A stretch of 33,581 bases of DNA from Candidatus Micrarchaeia archaeon (lineage in GTDB: Archaea > Micrarchaeota > Micrarchaeia > Anstonellales > J096). The position numbers were made by a program, and so were the translations under genes. Positions within the stretch are counted from its first letter, which is position 1, and each line of letters begins with the position of its first letter. The notes beneath the pieces are model-generated. The model was not told the DNA's origin and ran no database searches. It was given only the letters and a program-made list of their open reading frames with translations. The DNA is taken from contig JBGQMB010000006.1 of NCBI GenBank assembly GCA_041500405.1, forward strand, positions 1 through 33,581, given 5' to 3'. Shown here one piece after another: positions 16,881 through 26,000 of this stretch.

Positions 16881-18896
16881 TCATTCCTCAAGGCCGTAAA
16901 GCCTTGCTATGGCGCACTTCTGGAAGTCAAGGTCATTTCCCCTGACCTCAAGAGTCGGGACAAGGAATACCTTTGACGTTATGGAATAGTTCCCGCTGGT
17001 GAGGTATATGATGCCGTCGCTTATCTTGTTCACGCAGTTGGTCCCGTATTCCTCCCCATTCAGGGTGCAAATAGAGCCGTCATACGTCGCGATGGACGCC
17101 TGCGCCCCATTGCCGTCAAGGGCCTTGTCTATCTCCTTTGCGCAGTCCATCATGGATGAGTTCAAGTCCGCAGTGTTCACTACAATGTAAACCGGGTCCC
17201 CGTTCGTGTAGTCCATGAACATGAGCGGCCCTGTCGAGCTCTCGACGCCCGGCGTAAACAGGTACATTGCCGCGGAAAGCGTCATTATCATCGTTATCAG
17301 TATCGCCCCTGGAATGATGGACATCAGGACCACGCTTCCCTTGTTGTAGCCCTTTCTTGCAAGTCCGCACGAGCCCAGCGTGAATATCGCTATGAGCGAG
17401 CTGAGGCTTATTGCTATCAGCGCCGGCGCGGAAAGTACCGCATAATCGTCATATGGCTTTATGGCGTTCCTCTGGAGCAGGTTCAGCGGGGTGTAAAATC
17501 CGTTTATCATCCTCGCCGTAATAAGGCTTCCCTGGTCGCTGAGCCCCAAATCCGCGGCCGTGAAATTCTTGGTCGACTTGCTTGCCAGATCCGTATAGTT
17601 CACAGTAAGCATAAGCGCCGTATTGTAATTGACCGGTATTGTCATCAGCGCGTCAAGCCTGGCCTTTTCAGCGGCCGTCTCATTGTCATCCGACATCATC
17701 GCGGCCTTGTCCGCAAGCGCGGACGCATTCAGCAGGGCGTCAAACAACAGCATATCCTGCGTTGCAAGCTCGCGTGTGGCGTTTATGAGCGCCATGGTGC
17801 TATTGAGCTTTCCGTCAAGGCCGTCAAGCGAAAGCGAGCTTATCGAGGAGTTTATGCTGCTGATGTTGCCCCTTATGGCCTGCACCTTTGCGCTAAGCGC
17901 CGGGTCGTCAATGACAGACATGGTCTTGTTGATTGCCGCGAACTCGGTGTTCCAGTAATTTGTCAGCGAGCGCATCTTTATCGTGTAGTATGCCGCAAGG
18001 TCCTTGTTCTTGGCAAACTCAATCCTTTCGTCGGTCCTGTTTGCCACCTTTTCCGCCAGCAGCGTGGTATTGGCAAGGCCCTTTGTCCTGTTCTGCGCCG
18101 CGGCTATCTTGGACTTTGCCAGGTCCATCGCGGTCTTGTTGATGTCTATAAAATAGCATATGCCGAGGCAGTCCGGGCATTCGGTGTACGTCGCGGGCAT
18201 CCTCAGGGAGGTGCTTTCCAGCGTTGTCCTGTATGGATACATCCGGTCTATGCTCTGCTTCGCGCTTTCAAGGGACTGGTAGGCGTTGTTCTCGTCCATG
18301 CTGCTTATCGCCGACCTTGCTGAGATAAGCTCCTTGTCCAGCTTGAATGAGGCGTTGAAGAATTTGTCCAGCTCCTTTCTCATTTCAGTGGCGTCGCCGT
18401 AAGTTCCGCCCTGTATCCAGTCGTTTGAGATGTATATCGACATGCGGTCCAGGTTTTCGGCTATCAGCTGCAGGTTGTAGTCGGGATTGCTGTTGTTTAT
18501 CAGGTTGCTGATGCCAACCGCCATCAGTTCCCTGCATGCGTATTCCTCCATGCCTGGCCTGCCCGCGGCGCCGATCCTGCCATCGTTCCTTGATGCGTTT
18601 ATGGCATCCATAAGCGCCAATATCCCATCCGTCTCGTTTTGGGACAGCATGTAAGCAGTCACGTAATAATCCTTTATGACAGAGCCTATCTTGCCCCGGT
18701 CTGTTATGAGCGCGTCATCGTCCGCGTTGACAAGGAACGATTCAGTGCCATTTATGAAATACAGCATATAATTGGCTCCGTCAAGGGCAAAGCTCTTCTT
18801 CGTGAGGTTCTCCCCGCTATAAAGGTACTGGTCCATCCCTATGCCAAAAGACGCCGCCATGAGGGCAAATGCGGCTAGCGCGAAAAGCTTTTTCAT
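16881..18896 (-). CDS. Large membrane glycoprotein: signal peptide, helical ectodomain, two TM helices, C-terminal Cys domain
   Basis: MKKLFALAAFALMAASFG signal, many NxS/T sequons, CPDC.GIC motif, and two hydrophobic helices near aa 485-550. Confidence 0.8.
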   Translation of the reverse strand: MKKLFALAAFALMAASFGIGMDQYLYSGENLTKKSFALDGANYMLYFINGTESFLVNADDDALITDRGKIGSVIKDYYVTAYMLSQNETDGILALMDAINASRNDGRIGAAGRPGMEEYACRELMAVGISNLINNSNPDYNLQLIAENLDRMSIYISNDWIQGGTYGDATEMRKELDKFFNASFKLDKELISARSAISSMDENNAYQSLESAKQSIDRMYPYRTTLESTSLRMPATYTECPDCLGICYFIDINKTAMDLAKSKIAAAQNRTKGLANTTLLAEKVANRTDERIEFAKNKDLAAYYTIKMRSLTNYWNTEFAAINKTMSVIDDPALSAKVQAIRGNISSINSSISSLSLDGLDGKLNSTMALINATRELATQDMLLFDALLNASALADKAAMMSDDNETAAEKARLDALMTIPVNYNTALMLTVNYTDLASKSTKNFTAADLGLSDQGSLITARMINGFYTPLNLLQRNAIKPYDDYAVLSAPALIAISLSSLIAIFTLGSCGLARKGYNKGSVVLMSIIPGAILITMIMTLSAAMYLFTPGVESSTGPLMFMDYTNGDPVYIVVNTADLNSSMMDCAKEIDKALDGNGAQASIATYDGSICTLNGEEYGTNCVNKISDGIIYLTSGNYSITSKVFLVPTLEVRGNDLDFQKCAIARLYGLEE

Positions 18897-18953
18897 GGTT
18901 TGGATTTAGCCTCGTTGTATTTTTAAATGCTTCGCAGTTCCCCACAATTTCTT

Positions 18954-19694
18954 TCAAACGCCAAGCATGCTCGTAATTAGCCATATTGCCATTATTCCGG
19001 CAAGCACAGTGGCAAGCTGGAGCGTGGATTTCCATGCCCCCCTTTCCTTGTGCAGCTCCGGGATAAGGTCGGTCCCGGCTATGTATATGAACCCGCCCGC
19101 GGCAAGCGCCATGCCGTAAAAATTCAGGTTTTCAACCTGCTGGGAAAGCGCGAAAAACGCCAATACGCCGAGCACGGCCGTGAACGCGACAAGCAGGTTT
19201 GACAGTATGGCCTTTTTGACGGAGAATCCGGAATAGAGCAGTAGCGTGAAGTCGCTGAGCTCCTGCGGTATCTCGTGCATGATTATCGCTATTGTCGTTG
19301 CAATCCCCAGCGCCTGCGAGGACGCGAAGCTTGCCGCTATCGCGAAGCCGTCGAAGAAGTTGTGCATCGCGTCCCCTATCAGCGTCAAATAGCCGAGCGG
19401 CTTCTCGTGCTCCGCGTGGTCGTGGTGCGCGTGGTGCCAGTGCACCAGCCGCTCCAGTATGAAGAAGATCATCATTCCCGCGATGACGTACGCGAAGGCG
19501 ACCTTGGGCGCTATGCCTTCTATGGATTCGGGAAGCAGGTCAAGGAACGCCGCGCCGAGCAGGGACCCTGTCGCGAAGCTGACGATGAAGAACACCGCCT
19601 TTTCCATGGTCCCCTTTTTCAGGGCCAGAAGGCCTATTCCGACCAATGAGACGAGGCTTACGACCACGGTTGCGGCAACCGCTTCCATTATCAT
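18954..19694 (-). CDS. ZIP-family divalent metal transporter
   Basis: His-rich loop HWHHAHHDH, GDAMHNFFDG and HEIPQELSDF signature motifs, multiple TM helices. Confidence 0.93.
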   Translation of the reverse strand: MIMEAVAATVVVSLVSLVGIGLLALKKGTMEKAVFFIVSFATGSLLGAAFLDLLPESIEGIAPKVAFAYVIAGMMIFFILERLVHWHHAHHDHAEHEKPLGYLTLIGDAMHNFFDGFAIAASFASSQALGIATTIAIIMHEIPQELSDFTLLLYSGFSVKKAILSNLLVAFTAVLGVLAFFALSQQVENLNFYGMALAAGGFIYIAGTDLIPELHKERGAWKSTLQLATVLAGIMAIWLITSMLGV

Positions 19695-19753
19695 ATGGCA
19701 ATAAGATGGAAACCAACATTTTTAAAATGTGTTTGGGCTTAAACATAGTTTGC

Positions 19754-19827
19754 GCCTCAGTAGCTCAGCCTGGTAGAGCGCTCGCCTCGTAAGCGAGAGG
19801 TCATGGGTTCAAATCCCACCTGAGGCT
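19754..19827 (+). tRNA. tRNA-Thr(CGT), intronless, CCA not encoded
   Basis: Acceptor GCCTCAG/CTGAGGC, D-arm GCTC..GAGC, anticodon arm CTCGC-CTCGTAA-GCGAG, T-loop TTCAAAT. TTTAAAA box upstream. Confidence 0.93.
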
Positions 19828-19915
19828 TTGGGCTTTTTCAAAAAAAGCCCAGGGAAAAACCGACGCCGTTTTTTGCGAAGAAAAGGTCCCTGGGTTCAAA
19901 AGAAGCATTTAGGGC
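19827..19915. repeat. Palindromic REP-like repeat, copy 3, abutting the tRNA 3' end
   Basis: TGGGCTTTTT-caa-AAAAAGCCCA hairpin, the 24-nt block identical to 271-294, and AAGAAAAGGTCCCTGGG..AAAAGAAGCATTT similar to 235-268. Confidence 0.8.
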
Positions 19916-20010
19916 TCTGCGGAGCCAAATGATTTATCTTCACACATGCCAACATTTGTTATCCCACATCGTCGTAATCTTTTAAAAGGATAGACGGACA
20001 AAATGGGGCT

Positions 20011-23000
20011 ATGCAGTCTGGTACCGTTAATTTACGCTACGCTATCGTGCTTATTCTTGTTTTTGCCTCAGCGGCGTTTGCGGCGCCGTCCATCGACTTC
20101 GTCGGCCCAACCCCGAACGACGCAGAAAGCATCGCATACAACAACGTCACAATCAACGTCAGCGTGACAGAGAACGTGACCGCGTGCCTGCTCGACATAA
20201 ACTACGCCAACATAACGCCGCCTGTACTGATGACGGCCTACAACGCAGACGCAAACACCACCGCCAACTTTACGCTATATGTGCTGCCTGCAGGCCAATA
20301 TGAATACAACGTAAACTGCACCAACATGACCGGCGACTCCAACCAGACGGCAAACAGGACGTTCATTGTGCTTGAGGGCATGGGCGCATTCATCCTGCCG
20401 CAGACGCCGGACTCCTTCTTTTTCCCTGGGACGGAGCCCGAGATAAACATCTCTGTCAATGCCACAAGCCCAGGCTCCAACATATCTTTCGTGACTGCGG
20501 ACTTCAGCAACCTCAGCGCATCTGCATGCGACGGCGCGCCGATATTCAACCTTACAAACAGCAGCGGCCTTTGGATTGGCTCCTGCAACATATCCGCAAT
20601 AAGCATACCTGCAGGCACATACCCCTACGGCGCAACCGTCACAGCAATTGCATATGACCTGCTGTCAAGGCAGGCGCAGAACACGACCGTGGTCCTGCTG
20701 CACAACCTTGGCGTGCCGGCGAGCAACGACCCGTCCAACTGCACGAGGTTTGGTTCAGAAACAACCAACTTCTCAACAGTCCCGAATTTCGGCGCAGTCA
20801 ATTTTGTTGTTGACTACGAGATGAACCTTACTTGCACAAGCTCGCTTATCGCCAATCCCAACTTCACGGACGGCGCCACCATAAACCTCACGTCCGTGAA
20901 CCTTTCAACCAAGGAGTCCGCGGACAAGCTCGCGAACCTAAGCTCCGCGATAAACGTCACGATAGGCCAGCCAGGGACATTCAGCATTTCCAGGATATAC
21001 GTCAACACAACCTATTTCCAGGAGCTTAACACGAACGCAATAATAACTCTCTTCAACCTGCCTTTCATATCCCAGCCTATTGTGAGGGCCGACAATGCGT
21101 CAAGGAAGGGCTCAATAAGCGTGACAAGCTGGACTCCGACAAACCTGAGCCTAATCACGGGTGACGTATTTTTCACAGGCACGCTCAGGTTCAGCGTTTC
21201 CGGATTTTCGGGATACAACGTCTCCGAGAACGTTAGCCCTTCAATAAGCATAGCAAGCCCTGCAAACGGAAACCAGACCAACCTGACATCCATACTGGTC
21301 AACGTGACAGTGAACGGCACAGGGACAGAGCCCAGCCTGATAATAATAACAATAAACTCCAGCCCGCAGCAGTCGTTCATTTACAATGCCACAAACGGGA
21401 GCGTCACCGACAACACGGCGAACTGCGCAAACACGACCGCTGACGGCGAGGTTTTGCGCTGCCTGCGCAACTCAACGGCGCTGGCCATAGGGAGCTATTC
21501 CCTCACGGTGCTTGCGTACGACTTCGCATTTCCCGAGCCGGGCAACAACGCCACTGCATCATCTGTTTTCGAAATAGCCTACAACCCGGACGCATACGAA
21601 ACAGACAATGACTCCAGCTCAGCGAAGTGGATATTGACAAACAGAACGCTGCAGCTGCACAATTTCCACAGCACGACGGACGTAGATTACGTAAAATTCA
21701 ACGCCACGGCCGGATACACGTATGACATACTGGCAAACGCCACGGCAACGGGCTTCCCAGACACCGAGATGGCGGTTTATGACGTGAACGGAACGTGGCT
21801 GTATTACAGCGACGACATCGTCCTTACCGTCAACCAAAACAGCGAGATATGGTTCAAGGCGCCATACAACGGCACGTTCTATGTCGCGGTTGACGAGTGG
21901 TCTGGCATCGCGGGCGGGAATTATACCCTTTCTGTCCAGAAGCTCGGCATAATGACTGCAACGATAACCAACATCACAAGGACCGCAATGAAAAACGGCG
22001 TGTCATTCAACGTGACGGTGAATGCGACCTGCGTCGGCGGCCCGTGCGGGGCTGTCCAGGCTGCGCTTGACCCGATTCTGGAAGGCGCAAACAAGAGGCA
22101 AAAAGACATTATCGCGGCGGCGGAGAGCGGCCCGGTAAACGTAATAGTCACATTGAAAGAGCCTGCGACAAAGCTCAAGACAAGGGAAAACATATACGCC
22201 ACGCAAAGCGCGGTGCTTTCCTCAATCCCGGATGCAGATTCCAACTTTAAAGTGAAGAATAGATATACGATAGTCAACGCGTTTTCGGGAACGGCCACTG
22301 CGGAAGGCATAAAGGCCCTGCTGAAGAACCCGAATGTGGCATCTGTCCGCCTTTCAAGGACTTACCACACTGCGCTTGACGTCTCAGTCCCGCTCATAGG
22401 CGCAAAAAGCGTATGGAACATAACGGCAAATGGCGTTAACATCAACGGCACAGGCCAGACAGTGTGCATACTGGACACGGGCATGAACTACACGCACCCT
22501 GACTTCGGGTCGTGCACGCTTGATGATATAATAACAAATTACAACTGCAGCAAGGTTGTCAGCGGATATGACTTTGTGAATGATGACAGCGACTTCATGG
22601 ACAGCAATGACGGCCACGGCGGCACTGCCGCATTGGGCCATGGCTCGCACGTTGCCGGCATTGTCGGCTCAATAGACTCCGTTTACAGGGGCGTGGCGCC
22701 TGGCGCGAAAATAGCCATGGTCAAGGTCTGCGACTCCAACAACACTTGTTCAGATACCAACATTGCGTTAGGCATAGACTGGTGCATGAACAATTCCGCA
22801 GCCTATAATATAAGCGCGATATCAATCAGCCTTGGCGGCGCGGACTGCGCATACGGCGACTGCGACGGCAAGCCGTGCGACGATGACACATTGCTTCTTG
22901 CTTCTTACATAAACGCCGCAAGCGCGGCAAACATCACCGTTTCCGTTGCTTCAGGCAATGACTATCTTGGGGAATCATACCCGGCAGGCATAAGCCAGCC

Positions 23001-26000
23001 GGCATGCGTAAGGAGCGCGATATCGGTCGGCGCAACAGACGACTTAGACGCGATAGAGGGCTTCACCAACAGGGATCAGAACCTGGACATCCTTGCCCCT
23101 GGCGTTGGGATAATAGCAACCAACTACGCTGGCACCCATACCTCAAAGGACGGCACATCAATGGCAACCCCGCACGTCTCAGGCGCGGTTGCGCTCATTA
23201 GCCAGTATTTCCTTTACAATTATAATAGGACCATCAACCCGCAGGAAATGGATGTGCTGCTTAAAACATCCGGAAAGACGATATGGGACAACGCAGGGAT
23301 AGTGAATATCAGCCACCCGAGGCTCAACGTCCTTGCCGCAACAATTGAGAAGGGCGTCATCTCAACAACAGTCGGGGCAAGGCCGTTCTACACAACGTCA
23401 TCCAACCCATCCAACAGCCCGTGCTACAACAACATGGCATCAGGAGCATCCTGCGTGACAACATGGAACGTGCGTTCCAACGGGGATGAGGGCATATACA
23501 GGTTCTTTGCCATATACGGCACCAACTACAGCACGTATTATTCAACGGCGCAGAACGTCACGATAGACACTACCGCGCCGAACGTTTCGCTCGTCTCGCC
23601 GGCCAACAACAACTTCTCGGCATCAGCCAACGTGACGCTCACTTTCAACGTTACGGACAACTTTGACACAAACCTCACATGCCCGCTTTACGTTGACGGC
23701 GTCTCAAAAAGCACGTTTGCGGTCCAAAACGGCACATCAGGGAACGACTACACGACCAACTATTCCAACGGCTTGCACGTATGGTACGCGAACTGCACGG
23801 ATGACGCGAGCAACACCGGGACAAGCGGAACCAGAAACTTCACAGTCGACACCATAAACCCGGCAATCTCCATAGTTTCGCCTTCGCAGGCATATTATCC
23901 AAGCGGCGTCAACATGCTGCTAAACATCAGCGCGACTGATACGAACAAGGACACGACCTGGTTCTACACCAATGGAACAGTTAACATAACCTACACAGTT
24001 CCAGTCACGCTCAATTTCACAGACGGCATTTACAACATGACGGCATGGGCTAATGACAGCGCAGGAAGGACAAACACAACAAACAGGACGTTCATAGTGG
24101 ACACAACAGCGCCGACAATATCGTTCGCGGACCCGACGCCCAACTCATCCACATACGTGACAAAAAGCTATGTTGCCATAAATGCCAGCGCAAGCGACGC
24201 GAACTTAGCCAACATCACGATACGGATATACAACTCAACAGGCGGACTGAGGAACTCCTCGTTCTCCAACTCCTCGGCCTCGCTGTTCGCGAACTTTACC
24301 GGCCTGAGCAACGGCGTATACTACTTCAACGCAACAGTCTATGACAAGGTCGGCCTGTACAACTTCACAGAGACAAGGAACGTCACTGTTGACTTTACAG
24401 GCCCTGCAATATCCTTTGTTTATCCTTCTGACAACACGTCATCGCTCAGCAGGGATTCGATAATAGCCAACATCAGCGCCCCAGGCGCAGACCTTGCGAA
24501 CCTGACAATATACCTCTATGACGGCGCCGGGCTTGTTAACTTCACCAACAGCACCTCAAGCCCGCTGTTCGCGAATTTCTCCGGCCTTGGCAACGGCATC
24601 TATTACGTCAACGCAACGGCGTTCGACAATGCCGGAAACCTTAACAAGACCGAAACAAGGACAATAACGCTTGACACAAACGCGCCCAGCGTGGCTTTGG
24701 GCGCGCCTGCAAACGACTCGTTCACTTCCTCGGCGTCAGTAAACACGTCTTTCACGGCGGTTGACGCGCTTGCCGCCAACACAAGCTGCAAATTGTATAC
24801 TGACGGCACAATAAGGGCAAACATAACGGCAGCGAACAACACGCTGATGTCCCAAACATACAACTACACGGCCGGAACCCACAACTGGTCCGTCAACTGC
24901 ACGGACTTTGCGAACAACACAGGCGCAAGCGACGGATGGAACTTCACTGTTGACCTTGCCAATCCGACAATATCAGTAGTGTCGCCTTTGCTGGGCTATT
25001 ACTACAGCAACGGCTCAATACTGATAAACATCAGCGCAAACGACACGAACCTGGATACAGTATGGTTCTACACCAATGGTACCAACGTAACTTACACACC
25101 ACCAGGCGTTCCGTTTATCCTTGGCTTCGACGACGGCATATACAACATGACGGCCTGGGTGAACGACAGCGCTGGCAGAACGGTTAGCTCTGGGTTTACT
25201 TTCACAGTTGACACGGCTGCGCCAACCGTCGCAATCCAGTCGCCTGCAAACGACACGTACAACACGTCCAACCTGAACCTGAGCTTCACGGCGTCCGACA
25301 CCTATATTGAGGCCTGTTGGTATTCAATTGACGGGGGAAGCGCAACGGCCATCTCCGGATGCGCGAACGGAAGCGCCATTGTCGGGCTTGCAAACGGGAG
25401 CCAGTGCGTTTCCGTTTTCGTGAACGACAGCGCAGGGAACACGGCGAACGACACCGAATGCCTCACGCTTGAGCTTGCGCCGGAGCTCATTCCGCCGGTC
25501 TATTCCGCATTACAGCCTTCAAGCGCAAACTACAACGAGACATACAGGCCCAACCTAGCATATCTGCTTAATGCAACCTGGACAGACGACACTGGCATTG
25601 GCGCTGTGCTTGTCGAGAGCAACTTCAGCGGAGGCGCTTTGGCTCTCTCGCCCGTCACAAGCCTGCCAGGCAACCAATTTGAGTATGACACTAGCTACCT
25701 TGGAGCAGGAGCCTATATCTATAGGTGGATTGCGAACGACACGTTCAACAACACGAACGACTCGATGCCTTACAGGAACATCACTATCATCAAGGCAGAC
25801 CCGAACGCGACATTGGTAATTTCACCGTCATGGAACGGAACCTGGCCTTATGGGACAACCGTCAACTGCACTGGCGCCGTGCAGGTGAACATGACGCTTT
25901 ACAGGAACAACAACACACTTGCCAGCAGCGGATTTGGCTCTGCACAGGAAATCCGGAACCTTTCGGCAGGCTCGTACAACTACACGTGCAACACCAGCGG

